Source: Candidatus Parcubacteria bacterium | GTDB taxonomy: Bacteria; Patescibacteriota; Patescibacteriia; UBA1558; GWA2-36-10 | Assembly: GCA_018669975.1 (NCBI GenBank) | Contig: JABHSK010000001.1 | Coordinates: 24,394 to 88,393 of the forward strand | DNA length: 64,000 bases | Direction: 5' to 3' | Part shown: positions 20,233-30,660 of the stretch, piece after piece | Layout of the letters: the number at the start of each line of letters is the position of its first letter | How positions within the stretch are numbered: the first letter of the stretch is position 1 | Notes under the pieces: generated by a model | Databases searched by the model: none | The model's input: the letters and a program-made list of their open reading frames with translations, nothing else | What the model was told of the DNA's origin: nothing | Program-made: the position numbers and the translations under genes

Positions 20233-20718
20233 TTATTTGTTTTTATATAAGTTTACTATCTTTTCAGCTTTAATCTTAGCCTCCCTTTCTAGATAGTGTG
20301 CATTTACTTGAGGAATAATTCGTAACCAATTTAATATCAAATCAAGCACCTGCCTTGTCTTTACTTTAGTCTGTTGCATTAAAGTAGAGATATTCATTAC
20401 AGTTTGCTCACCTTCTGCTTTAAATCTTGCCTGTGTAGCTACATCCATAGATAAAAAAGCCTTATCCATGTCCTCTGACAAAACTGCTTCTATTTTTTCA
20501 GGTGGCACCACACCCTGAACAATTGGCGCGGGAGCCTGAGTGGTACTTTCTGGCAAAACTACACTTGGTTGAGCAACCTCGGTTACCTGTTCAGTTATCT
20601 GCTCTGGGGCTTTTTCTGGCTTCTGCTCTTGAGCACCCTCTTGCTTAGGAGTTACTGGAGCTTGCTCGGGACTTGCCTGAGGAACTTCTATATTTGGTTG
20701 TGGGTTTATACCTTGCAT
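20233..20718 (-). CDS. Hypothetical protein with P/Q/E-rich N-terminus
   Basis: Intact ORF, leaderless-type promoter, abuts ATPase gene. Confidence 0.75.
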   Translation of the reverse strand: MQGINPQPNIEVPQASPEQAPVTPKQEGAQEQKPEKAPEQITEQVTEVAQPSVVLPESTTQAPAPIVQGVVPPEKIEAVLSEDMDKAFLSMDVATQARFKAEGEQTVMNISTLMQQTKVKTRQVLDLILNWLRIIPQVNAHYLEREAKIKAEKIVNLYKNK

Positions 20719-20755
20719 GGACTTATTATAACAGCTTTTAGTATTTTAGGTAAGT

Positions 20756-21199
20756 TTAAATATCACTAACAGCCTTTATTTTGTCAATTACTTGATCTCT
20801 ATTTTTAGTACCAGTTATATAAAATTTACGCTCGTTTACTAATAAACAAATATTATTAAGTCCGTGAGTAGAAATTTCTCTAATATTTTTTACTGAAACC
20901 GACCCTTCAGGTTTCCAATTTTGTTTATTTATAGCTTTTAAAAATAAAATTCGCCTATTGGTCAGTAAATAAACATTATTTTTTGATATTAGTTGTCTGG
21001 CTAATACAAAAATCAAAACTATTACCAAAGTCAGCCATAACCAAATGCCCTGCCGCCCAGCGTGCCACATAGGAAAAAGCATAAAAAAAGCCAGGATCAA
21101 GAGAATAAAAATAAAATAAACCTTGTATGCCTGGTTATTTATCCGAATGACATATTTTAGCTCTTCCTTATTATTCAAAAATTTGCTAAAATTATTCAT
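20756..21199 (-). CDS. Two-TM protein with bacterial PH-like domain
   Basis: Two TMs then YLLTNRRIL motif; start uncertain. Confidence 0.55.
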   Translation of the reverse strand: MNNFSKFLNNKEELKYVIRINNQAYKVYFIFILLILAFFMLFPMWHAGRQGIWLWLTLVIVLIFVLARQLISKNNVYLLTNRRILFLKAINKQNWKPEGSVSVKNIREISTHGLNNICLLVNERKFYITGTKNRDQVIDKIKAVSDI

Positions 21200-21202
21200 G
21201 TT

Positions 21203-21298
21203 ATGAAAAGAAAAACTCAAAAAATACTTTGGACCATAGTGTCCATATTCATCATACTGTCTATGATACTTTGGACAGTAGGTATTGCTTATAGTTAA
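21203..21298 (+). CDS. Small single-TM protein (31 aa), not in ORF track
   Basis: MKRKTQKILWTIVSIFIILSMILWTVGIAYS*; fills the gap up to the lepA stop. Confidence 0.6.
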   Translation: MKRKTQKILWTIVSIFIILSMILWTVGIAYS

Positions 21299-21299
21299 T

Positions 21300-23066
21300 T
21301 TAACGTTTAAGAACTGCTAAATAAGCTTCCTGGGGAATTTCAACTTTTCCAGCTTTACCCATTCTTTTTTTACCTTTTTTCTGCTTTTCTAAAAGCTTTC
21401 TTTTTCTGGTTACGTCACCACCATATAACTTGGCAGTTACATCTTTACGTAAAGCAGGAATTCTTTCAGAGGCTACAATTTTTCCACCTATAGCTGCTTG
21501 TAATTTTATTACAAATTGACTTCGAGGTAGCACCTCTTTTAATTTTTTAACAATAGCCTTACCAACTCTATGTGCTTGATCTCTATAGACTAAACTAGTC
21601 AGAGCTTCTGTGGGGTGTTCAGCTACCAAAATATCCATTTTAACTAAGTCACACTTTCGATAATCAGCAAAATCATAATTAAGAGATGCGTATCCTGATG
21701 ATACGCTTTTTATTTTATCGTAAAAGTCTACTAAAATGCTAGCTAGGGGTATGCTATAGCGTAAAATAAGTCGGTTCTCGTCTATATATTCAGTGTCTTT
21801 GGAAATACCATTCTTCTCAACAATATAAGACATCAAACCGCCAACATATTCTTTTGGAGTAACTACTTCGATATCCATAAACGGCTCTTCAATGTAGTCA
21901 ATATGACTTTGATCTGGCATGTCTGCTGGTGAAGTTAATGCTTTTTGTTCTCCATTTTGTAAATACAATTTATAGGCAACCGTTGGTGTGGTTACTATTA
22001 ATTCTAAATTAAACTCGCGACTTAATCTTTCCTGAAAAATTTCTAAGTGTAATAAACCTAGAAAACCACAACGGTAACCAAAGCCTAGGGCCTGAGAGCT
22101 AGCTGGCTCAAAGACTAAACTAGAATCACTGAGCTTTAATTTTAAAATAGCTTCACGTAGTCTTTGGTAATCGTTACCTTCTTGAGGAAAAATACCAGCA
22201 TAGACCATGGGCTTAATAGCCTTGTAACCAGGCAAGGATGCTGTATCACTTCCTTTTTGCACAATAGTATCTCCGACTTGGGCTTTTTCTAAATTTTTAA
22301 TACCTGTCACTAAATAACCCGTTTCACCATTTTCTAATTTACCTGAACTAACCCAATGTGGTTTAAAAAAACCAACATCTAAAACTTCACTCTCTTCGCC
22401 TGTAGCTATAAACTTAATTTTATCTCCCTTGATAATAGAACCACCAAAAACACGAACATAAATTACTACACCTCGATACTCATCATAGGTAGAGTCAAAA
22501 ATCAAAGCTTGTAACTTTTCATTTTTACTCTTGGGTGCTGGCACTTTATCAATTATGGCTTGTAGAATATCTTCTACTCCCTGTCCAGTCTTGGCAGAGG
22601 TCATTAGTATGTCTTCTTTTTTACAACCTAGTAAATTTACTATTTCCTTACTGACTTTTCCTACATCAGCAGCTGGCAAATCTATTTTATTTATAACTGG
22701 AATAATTTCTAAATTTTGCTCCATAGCTAAATATAAATTAGCCAAAGTCTGCGCCTCTATGCCTTGCGTGGCGTCTATCAACAAAATAGCTCCTTCAACG
22801 GCAGCTAGAGATCTTGATACCTCGTAGGTAAAATCTACATGACCAGGAGTGTCAATTAAATTTAAAATAAAGCCATGCCATTCCATTCTGGCTGGCTGTA
22901 GTTTGATAGTTATACCACGCTCTCTCTCTAGTTCCATTTGATCTAACAACTGTTCTTTCATCTTGCGTTTCTCCACTGTTTTAGTCACCTCTAACATTCT
23001 ATCTGCTAGGGTAGACTTGCCGTGATCAATATGAGCAATGATACAGAAATTTCTTAGTTTATTCAT
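21300..23066 (-). CDS. lepA: Elongation factor 4
   Basis: RNFCIIAHIDHGKSTLADR, DTPGHVDF, RKDVTAKLYGGDVTRKRKLLEKQK. Confidence 0.98.
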   Translation of the reverse strand: MNKLRNFCIIAHIDHGKSTLADRMLEVTKTVEKRKMKEQLLDQMELERERGITIKLQPARMEWHGFILNLIDTPGHVDFTYEVSRSLAAVEGAILLIDATQGIEAQTLANLYLAMEQNLEIIPVINKIDLPAADVGKVSKEIVNLLGCKKEDILMTSAKTGQGVEDILQAIIDKVPAPKSKNEKLQALIFDSTYDEYRGVVIYVRVFGGSIIKGDKIKFIATGEESEVLDVGFFKPHWVSSGKLENGETGYLVTGIKNLEKAQVGDTIVQKGSDTASLPGYKAIKPMVYAGIFPQEGNDYQRLREAILKLKLSDSSLVFEPASSQALGFGYRCGFLGLLHLEIFQERLSREFNLELIVTTPTVAYKLYLQNGEQKALTSPADMPDQSHIDYIEEPFMDIEVVTPKEYVGGLMSYIVEKNGISKDTEYIDENRLILRYSIPLASILVDFYDKIKSVSSGYASLNYDFADYRKCDLVKMDILVAEHPTEALTSLVYRDQAHRVGKAIVKKLKEVLPRSQFVIKLQAAIGGKIVASERIPALRKDVTAKLYGGDVTRKRKLLEKQKKGKKRMGKAGKVEIPQEAYLAVLKR

Positions 23067-23070
23067 AACC

Positions 23071-24657
23071 TTAACTTTTGCCGTTCTTAAACAGCAATAA
23101 TGACTTTTTTAACATTCTTTTTACTATATCTATTTCTTCAAGTTTAAATACTATACCTAAAATAAGATAAGCTAGCAAGCCCGCTAGGCCTGCCCCAAAT
23201 CCCTGAATAAAAATACCCCAGCCAGTATACATATCAACAAATTTAGATAAGATATGTAGCACAGCATAGGCCACGTAGCCAGCTAATAAAGCATTAACTG
23301 CTATCTTGTTCAAGGAATTGAGTATCTTAGCATGATCGATGTTTTGAACACGAAAATGTAACACAATATATAACAAAAACATATTAATGATACTGGATAT
23401 TGAAAAAGCTAAACCTAGGCCGACAACACCCATGTTTTTAGATAATAACCAAGATAATATAATATTAATTAATATACTAAAAATACTAATGCTCATCGGT
23501 GTCTTAGTGTCTTCATGGGCATAAAAAGATCTAGCCAATAGTGGGATTAATCCTTGAGCAAATATAGACAGTGCAAAAAATCCCAAAGTTTGAGCCGTAT
23601 AATAGGTGTTGTTCCAATCAAATGCACCTGTGCCCAGAATAACCCTGACAATTTGTGCCCTTAATACAACGGTTAATATAGAAATTGGCACCAACAAAAA
23701 TAAAATTCTACGTAAACTAATAGAAAAATTTACTGCAAAAAGCTGTTCATTTTTTTCACTAACAGCTTGAGTGAAGGTTGGAAAAACAGCCACTGCCAAA
23801 GATACTGCAAATAAACTAATCGGTAGACTCTGAAGATTGTTAGCTAAATTAAACACGGCAATACTACCAACTGACAAAGTAGATGCAATCATAGTAATGG
23901 CTACTAAATTTATTTGCCCAGCAGCTAAACCAATGGTTCGGGGCAGCATTAATTTAAGTACTCGCCGAAGCTTTTTATCAAAACGTAAATTAAAATTATA
24001 ACGCCAACCATTTTTCATTACTTCCGGTAATTGTACCAACAAATGCATGACTGCTCCTATAAACACACCCCAGGCTAAACCAACTAGTCCAAATATAGGA
24101 TAGAAAAGTACAATACCAATGATAATACCAATATTATAAAAACTGGCGGCCATAGAAAAACTAAAAAACTTTTTCCAAGAATTAAGAATGCCACCAATAA
24201 GGTTTGAGGCAACGAAGAATATAATAGCCAACAACATAACCCTAGTTAGCGAGCCAGTTTGTTCTAATTGCCACTGACTAAAACCTGGGGTCAGATAAGG
24301 CATTATCTGTGGCGTAAAAATAAAAGCTACAACAACTAGAGCTCCAATAAATATTAAAAGGAAGTTTAAAACTGAGTTGGCTAATATTAAACCATCTTTT
24401 TTATCTTTCAGCCAGGCTTTTTGAAACACAGGAATAAAAGCTGAAGTTAAAGCGCCTAACACCAAAGTATTAAAAATTAAATCTGGCAAACGAAAAGAAG
24501 CATAATAAATATCTGATAATTCACTGGCACCAAAATTATGGGCAATCATCCTCTCTCTTAGCAAACCAAATAATTTGGACAAAAATGAAAAGAAGGCGAT
24601 TAAAAAAGCACCTCCTGTGACTGAATTATTTATTTTGAACCACAATTTATGCCACAT
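23071..24657 (-). CDS. murJ: Lipid II flippase
   Basis: SKLFGLLRE, FRLPDL, AFIPVF, RSFYAHEDTKTP; multi-TM. Confidence 0.93.
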   Translation of the reverse strand: MWHKLWFKINNSVTGGAFLIAFFSFLSKLFGLLRERMIAHNFGASELSDIYYASFRLPDLIFNTLVLGALTSAFIPVFQKAWLKDKKDGLILANSVLNFLLIFIGALVVVAFIFTPQIMPYLTPGFSQWQLEQTGSLTRVMLLAIIFFVASNLIGGILNSWKKFFSFSMAASFYNIGIIIGIVLFYPIFGLVGLAWGVFIGAVMHLLVQLPEVMKNGWRYNFNLRFDKKLRRVLKLMLPRTIGLAAGQINLVAITMIASTLSVGSIAVFNLANNLQSLPISLFAVSLAVAVFPTFTQAVSEKNEQLFAVNFSISLRRILFLLVPISILTVVLRAQIVRVILGTGAFDWNNTYYTAQTLGFFALSIFAQGLIPLLARSFYAHEDTKTPMSISIFSILINIILSWLLSKNMGVVGLGLAFSISSIINMFLLYIVLHFRVQNIDHAKILNSLNKIAVNALLAGYVAYAVLHILSKFVDMYTGWGIFIQGFGAGLAGLLAYLILGIVFKLEEIDIVKRMLKKSLLLFKNGKS

Positions 24658-24663
24658 GGTATT

Positions 24664-27288
24664 TTATTTTGTTGCTACAATAAATCCAAAGTACTGATCA
24701 CGATTTAACTGTTCACTATAGGTAACTAAGTTTTCAGTGATGCCTACATTATCTTCATTGTAAGCGTTCTTCCAAACAACTTTTAAATTATCTGGCACTA
24801 GAATTGAAGAGTTAAAGACAGTATTTTTACTTCCAGATTGAGACTGCACCAATAAACTATAATTATCTAGCTGTAAGTCATACTGAAAAATATTTTGTAC
24901 CCAGTTGTTAACTAAAGGATCACTTAAATCTAACCTAAAAGGTAGTTTATACTTAACTAGAGCTGTCTGACTCTCACCTGGTTTGAGAGCTATCCAATTG
25001 GCAAAAACAGTTTTATCTAAACTTTGGTAAATTTCAGTGTTTGAATTCATATCCACCATCTTTTCTTCCTCTTTAGCAACATCAACATCCAATTGAGCAC
25101 CAGGCGCAGCAGTATTGAAATATGAATCTGGCAAACGATCAAAACCAATTGCTTCTATAAATTCGCTACCCAGAGGCACGTGTACACGAACATAGCTTAC
25201 GTTGCCGCCCTCTATGCCGGCAAAAGGATTTTCTAGTGGTCCCCTGTTGATTCTAGTGATCTTTACTGTATTAATGATTTCACCATTAACGTTTATTTCT
25301 GCTTGATGATCTATGGTTTGATAAATGTCATTGTCTGTCTTGCCGCCAGCAATATTGGTATTAATAACACTTAGGTAGTCCTTATCGCTAGTCATGATTT
25401 TTCCTGACCAACCAAAGTCATTAATCCTACTTTGAATTTCTTGATTAGTAGAATACAACTGAATATCTTTACTGGCTAACATGCCAGCAAATACAGCAAT
25501 GATATCTTTTTGTTTTTCTTGATTAGTCAACAATTTTTCTAAAACCTTAGGAACTAAATCAGAAATAATTGCCTTGGGTTTATTTTCTTCTTGATCATAA
25601 TTAAGCTCAACTTCATCCTGCAAAACAGCGTACAAATTATCAGCGCTGATAGTAACACCATACTCTTCCATGGTGATTGGTCCTATCACTAACAATAATT
25701 CTCTTAACACCTCGGCATTAATAGCAATTACACCATTGATGGAAGTGCCACTGGCATTTTCATACATGTTACCAATTTTCTCAGCAGAACTAGGAAAATC
25801 TGCCCACCAATTTGCATCCCAAATATTAAAATATGGATTAATTAAAGATAAAGCCTGCGGTGCTTTGTATTTTATAACTTGACCAGCGTCAAGATCATAG
25901 GAGCCTCCTTTGGGTGTTTCTATATTATTTATATTACCCTGATAAACATCAAACATTGAAATGCTACCAATAAACCCCCCGGTAGCTCTTAATTCGTTAT
26001 TGTTTTGGAAAAGTACTAGATATCTTTTTTCGGTATCATGCCCTAGCATATCTAATAGCAAAGTAAAAATATTATTTAAACTATGTAGATTTTCAACTGT
26101 GGCTGGCAAATAAGTTTTTAGATCTTCAAACTGTGGCCTTAAATTACTAGGTAAAGAATTAGTAGAAATACTAAATAAATCTTCTTCAGCTTTTTCTAAA
26201 TAAGGCAGCACATCCTCTATCTGCTGATTTATAAAAACAATATACTCTGTTAAGTTTTCTTCTGATTGTATCTTTTGGTTCAAAATAGTAGCCGCCTGTG
26301 AAATATTAGTTGCTACTGTCAACATATTTCTGCTCAATGACAATGGTTTACCAACTACTGGTAATATAGATGCCACATTCAAAGACCACTCTTGATGCTG
26401 ATTAAGCACGGCCTGAGCCTGGCTAAAATCATCCAAAGCTTTTGTAAAGTCTTCTTGTGCTACTTGGTATGAATTTTCTGAAGCTGAAATAACACCAGCT
26501 TGTAAGTTGATTAAACCACTTTGGCCAAAATTCCACACCTTGTCTTTGTCATCTTGAATTTTACCAAATAATACTAGGCCCCTAATAGGTAATAATATTA
26601 CTGCTAAAATTAAACCAAACACCAGAGCCTTGTTAGCAGCTGGAACCAAGCCTAAAGGTTGCCATTTAAACCCTTTGGGTAAACTTATATTTAAACGCGG
26701 TGTATGTTTAGGAAAATATAATTTTTCTTCACTATCGATCACCTCTTCATGCTTTATAACTGCTGGCACTATTGGCTGATTGGCTGGCTGGCTGATTTTG
26801 GTTGGTTGTTTTTTTACTTGAACTTGAGATAGTCTATTTTTCAAACCCAACTTAAACCGTGATGTCTTACTTGGTTGCTGAGCATAAGTCCTTTTGACCT
26901 TACTAAGATCTAAAACATGACTTGATTTAAAAATTTCTTTATCTGATATTTCCTTAGCAAGAGCTTTCTTAACGACATGTTTTTTCTTGAGCTTAACTGT
27001 TTTCTTAATAACAGTTTTTGATTTAAGTGTAGGTTTGGTTTTAGCAACCAATTTGGCTGGTGTAGCTACTTTTTCTTTTACAACCTCTTTTTTTATACTG
27101 GTTAATATTTTATTGTATGACAAATCCTGCCTTATCAATTTATCTAGTTCGCCCAGAGCCTTAACTTTTTCTTTTTGCCTCTCTACAGGAGACTCTTCAC
27201 TATCCAAAAGAAATTGATCAAGGTCATCAATCAAATCTTTTTTGAGCTCCTTTAGGTTGGATTTTTTTATTTTTCGAGTCTTTGACAT
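24664..27288 (-). CDS. DUF4012-type membrane protein
   Basis: YLVLFQNNNELRATGGFIGS, DANWWADFPSSA, NIAGGKTD. Confidence 0.8.
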   Translation of the reverse strand: MSKTRKIKKSNLKELKKDLIDDLDQFLLDSEESPVERQKEKVKALGELDKLIRQDLSYNKILTSIKKEVVKEKVATPAKLVAKTKPTLKSKTVIKKTVKLKKKHVVKKALAKEISDKEIFKSSHVLDLSKVKRTYAQQPSKTSRFKLGLKNRLSQVQVKKQPTKISQPANQPIVPAVIKHEEVIDSEEKLYFPKHTPRLNISLPKGFKWQPLGLVPAANKALVFGLILAVILLPIRGLVLFGKIQDDKDKVWNFGQSGLINLQAGVISASENSYQVAQEDFTKALDDFSQAQAVLNQHQEWSLNVASILPVVGKPLSLSRNMLTVATNISQAATILNQKIQSEENLTEYIVFINQQIEDVLPYLEKAEEDLFSISTNSLPSNLRPQFEDLKTYLPATVENLHSLNNIFTLLLDMLGHDTEKRYLVLFQNNNELRATGGFIGSISMFDVYQGNINNIETPKGGSYDLDAGQVIKYKAPQALSLINPYFNIWDANWWADFPSSAEKIGNMYENASGTSINGVIAINAEVLRELLLVIGPITMEEYGVTISADNLYAVLQDEVELNYDQEENKPKAIISDLVPKVLEKLLTNQEKQKDIIAVFAGMLASKDIQLYSTNQEIQSRINDFGWSGKIMTSDKDYLSVINTNIAGGKTDNDIYQTIDHQAEINVNGEIINTVKITRINRGPLENPFAGIEGGNVSYVRVHVPLGSEFIEAIGFDRLPDSYFNTAAPGAQLDVDVAKEEEKMVDMNSNTEIYQSLDKTVFANWIALKPGESQTALVKYKLPFRLDLSDPLVNNWVQNIFQYDLQLDNYSLLVQSQSGSKNTVFNSSILVPDNLKVVWKNAYNEDNVGITENLVTYSEQLNRDQYFGFIVATK

Positions 27289-27362
27289 TGACTATATTAT
27301 AACAGGTTTTGTTTTAAAAACAAAATAAAAACCACTGTTAAACTTGCACTCATAACAATGGC

Positions 27363-28454
27363 TTATTGTTTATTATAAATTTCTAATATTTCTCGTGCCA
27401 TCTTGCTCCAAGAATACTTTTTTATCTGCTCTTGTCCAGCCTGGATTAAACTATCTCTTAATTTTTCATCCTCTATAATTTCTGACATTAGACACAACAA
27501 CTTCTCTCTATCGTCTGGATTAAAATATTTAGCAGCTTTTCCCAATACTTCTGGCATAGGACCAGAGTTACTAGATAAAACTGGTAGTTTGTGTACCATA
27601 GCCTCTAGTGGTGGTAAACCAAAGCCTTCATATTTTGAAGGAAATATATATGCCTTGGCAGATTTATAATAGCTGGCTAAATCTTTATCTGATACAAAGC
27701 CAGGAAAAATTAAATTTGGGATGCTGGCAAATTTTTTAACTAGACGATTATAAAAATAATCCTTTTTGCCAACCAATATCAAATGATAACTGGGATGTTT
27801 TTCAAGAAACAATTTAAAAACTTCTATCAACCACTCTAAGTTCTTATGCGGATAAGCATTGCCCACATAAATAAAAAACTTGTTAGGAAGTTTAATGTCG
27901 GGGTTAGCTTGACCATTACTAACAGTCACCCCTTCATAGACTACCTTTATTTTGTTGGCCTGGGTTTCGTTTAGCTTAAAGTATTTTTTAATATCCTGAG
28001 CTGTAAAATCAGATACCGCAATTACACGCTGAGCTCTTTTGATAGCATGCTTAATGACTTTTTCATACATTCCATATTTAAACTTGAAACCAAATTTACT
28101 CAAAGTACTAGCTCGACGACTAGGAAATTTAGTCATAATCAAATCATGGATAGTAACAACAAATTTGCCTCTATATAAAATTGGCACATTAAAATGTGGG
28201 AAGTGCACTAAGTCTGGATTAATCTCACGTAGAATCGCTGGTAAAACTATTTGTTCTTTGAGGCCATACCAATGACAGTCAACGATTTGTATTTTAAAAT
28301 TATTAGGTAAATTTAGATTCTCAGGTGCTTCCTTAAATAACAAAACGTATTGATTGTCTTGATCAATCTTAACTAGCTCCTCTAACAATTTTTGATTGTA
28401 GCGACCTATACCAAAACTTGGGCCGTACATTCTTAAATCAATAACTATTTTCAT
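27363..28454 (-). CDS. Glycosyltransferase family 4
   Basis: GIGRY, TIHDL, YPHKN, EGFGLPPLEAM. Confidence 0.92.
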   Translation of the reverse strand: MKIVIDLRMYGPSFGIGRYNQKLLEELVKIDQDNQYVLLFKEAPENLNLPNNFKIQIVDCHWYGLKEQIVLPAILREINPDLVHFPHFNVPILYRGKFVVTIHDLIMTKFPSRRASTLSKFGFKFKYGMYEKVIKHAIKRAQRVIAVSDFTAQDIKKYFKLNETQANKIKVVYEGVTVSNGQANPDIKLPNKFFIYVGNAYPHKNLEWLIEVFKLFLEKHPSYHLILVGKKDYFYNRLVKKFASIPNLIFPGFVSDKDLASYYKSAKAYIFPSKYEGFGLPPLEAMVHKLPVLSSNSGPMPEVLGKAAKYFNPDDREKLLCLMSEIIEDEKLRDSLIQAGQEQIKKYSWSKMAREILEIYNKQ

Positions 28455-28456
28455 GA

Positions 28457-29578
28457 CTATTGTTTAAAACTACTGAATAATTTTATCATCTTAGCGGCTT
28501 GTTTGTCCCACTTAGGTACTTTAAATTTTTTAGCAGAATTTTGCAAATCCTTAACTAGCTGCTCATCCTTAGTTAAAGCCTTTAAAGTTTGATAAATGTC
28601 CGAAATGTTATATGGATCCACATACAAAGCCTGCTGTTGCATAATCTCCGGTAATGACGTCTTGTAACTCACTATCACTGGTTTTTTATGCCAAGTAGCT
28701 TCCATGGGTGGAAAACCAAAACCTTCATAAAATGAAGGCCAAATTAAGCCTTGACTAAGATGATAAAGAGCGTCTTTAGTCGGACTTAGCACATAACCTA
28801 AATAACGCACATATTTACGACGACCAATATCACGTAAAATATTTCTATAAACCCAGCCCTTGCTACCAACTATTACTAATTCTGTTTCTGGATAATCATG
28901 ATGATATCTATCAAAAGCCTTAATAACGCTGCTAATGTTTTTACGTGGTTCTAAAGTACCTACATAAATAAAATATTTTTTGTTTAGTTTAAATTTAGCA
29001 GTCAACAATTTAGCATGATCATCATCCATGGCCACAGTAGTAACTCCTGGATTGATCACTTCTATTTTTTCCTCTGGTACTGTAAAAAATCTAACAATAT
29101 CGCGCTTAGTATTACCGGAAACTGCAATTATTTTAGAAGATTGATTGATTAATTTACCGACATTTACTAACTTGTGCCAATATCTTCTTTTAAGAGAATA
29201 AAATTCACGGCTATGCAAAAAAGATAAATCATGCACCGTCAAAATAGTAGGTGTGTTTTTATTAAAACGAAAAAAATTAATATTTGGCAACCAAAATAAA
29301 TCTAGTTTAACTGGAATCTTTTTTATTAAATCAGGACCAAAGCCAGAAGCCAAACTACTATTTAATAGTTTATTTGAAAAACGCCAATGAACATGTTTAA
29401 CATTAGGAGCGTTTAAACTGTCTAAAACATCTATACCACTCTTTAAGCCTGAGCTAAGAAGATAGTAAGTGTTTTCTTTATCTTGTTTAATTATATTATC
29501 AACAGCATTAACAATGTAATTGCCAATTCCAGTCAGGCTTTTAGCTGATAATGCTCGAATGTCAATTCCTATGTTCAT
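28457..29578 (-). CDS. Glycosyltransferase family 4
   Basis: TVHDL, GTLEPRKN, EGFGFPPMEA. Confidence 0.92.
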   Translation of the reverse strand: MNIGIDIRALSAKSLTGIGNYIVNAVDNIIKQDKENTYYLLSSGLKSGIDVLDSLNAPNVKHVHWRFSNKLLNSSLASGFGPDLIKKIPVKLDLFWLPNINFFRFNKNTPTILTVHDLSFLHSREFYSLKRRYWHKLVNVGKLINQSSKIIAVSGNTKRDIVRFFTVPEEKIEVINPGVTTVAMDDDHAKLLTAKFKLNKKYFIYVGTLEPRKNISSVIKAFDRYHHDYPETELVIVGSKGWVYRNILRDIGRRKYVRYLGYVLSPTKDALYHLSQGLIWPSFYEGFGFPPMEATWHKKPVIVSYKTSLPEIMQQQALYVDPYNISDIYQTLKALTKDEQLVKDLQNSAKKFKVPKWDKQAAKMIKLFSSFKQ

Positions 29579-30657
29579 ATTGTATTAATAAAATCTAGTA
29601 ATTTTTGCTTAAAAATACTTTCATCAAATTTTTTAGCATGCTGACGTATAACACCTGAATCAAAATTTTGTTCTTCAAAACGTAAAACTTTATGTGCCAA
29701 TGACTCCCAGGTCTGCTCATCAAAAAATACACCTGTAACACCATCAACTACAGTCTCTAGGGCACCACCCTGGGCAAAAGCAATCACTGGCCTACCTGAT
29801 GACATGGCTTCCAAAGCAGTAATACCAAAATCTTCTATCTGCGGATAAATGAAAGCTTTGCAACGAGATAAATATTTATTCCTGGCTTCGTCTGGTAATT
29901 CACCTAAAAACTCTATATTGGAATGTGCCATTCTTTTTAAGCGTCGTAATTCTGAGCCACCGCCAATAATTTTAAGTGGTAATTTAAGGTTATTAAACGC
30001 CTTAACAGCCAAGTCTACCTTTTTATATGGCCTCAGACGACTAACAATTAAATAATAATCCTCTATCTCTTCGCTAACCTGAAAATTATTTACTTTTACT
30101 GGTGGGTGTATAACAGTGGATGCACGCCGGTAATGCTTACTAATTTTATCAGCGATGAACTTAGAGTTAGCTATAAAATGATCTACTTGCTGAGATTTGT
30201 CATAATCCCAAACCTGTAAACGATCTAATAATCTAGGTAAAAATAATTTTAAAAATCGACCCTCTGGTAGATTACCGATGTATTCCTCCTTATCATCCCA
30301 TAAATATCTAGTTGGCGCATGACAATAGCATACATGAACAGTATCTTTGCTAATGTTAACACCTTTAACAAAAGCAGATGATGAGCTAAGCACCAAATCA
30401 TAATCACTCAGGTCTGTTTTTTCCCACAACTTGGGCATCACTGCCAAAAAATATTTAAATAATTGTGAAATAGCAGGAAATTTTTGTAGTGGTGAAGTAA
30501 CTATTCTACTTTGATCTAAAATATCTTTACTAATTTTAGAATCATTTATCAAAGTAAAAATCGGCGCCTCTTTATTAAGATCTGATAATATTACCAAAAC
30601 TCTTTCCGCGCCGCCTATCTGGAATAAATGATCATGTGCCAAAGCAACTTTTTTCAT
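29575..30657 (-). CDS. Glycosyltransferase family 4
   Basis: GGAERV, CYCHAPTRYLW, SRLRPYKK, EDFGITALEAM. Confidence 0.92.
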   Translation of the reverse strand: MKKVALAHDHLFQIGGAERVLVILSDLNKEAPIFTLINDSKISKDILDQSRIVTSPLQKFPAISQLFKYFLAVMPKLWEKTDLSDYDLVLSSSSAFVKGVNISKDTVHVCYCHAPTRYLWDDKEEYIGNLPEGRFLKLFLPRLLDRLQVWDYDKSQQVDHFIANSKFIADKISKHYRRASTVIHPPVKVNNFQVSEEIEDYYLIVSRLRPYKKVDLAVKAFNNLKLPLKIIGGGSELRRLKRMAHSNIEFLGELPDEARNKYLSRCKAFIYPQIEDFGITALEAMSSGRPVIAFAQGGALETVVDGVTGVFFDEQTWESLAHKVLRFEEQNFDSGVIRQHAKKFDESIFKQKLLDFINTI

Positions 30658-30660
30658 AAA

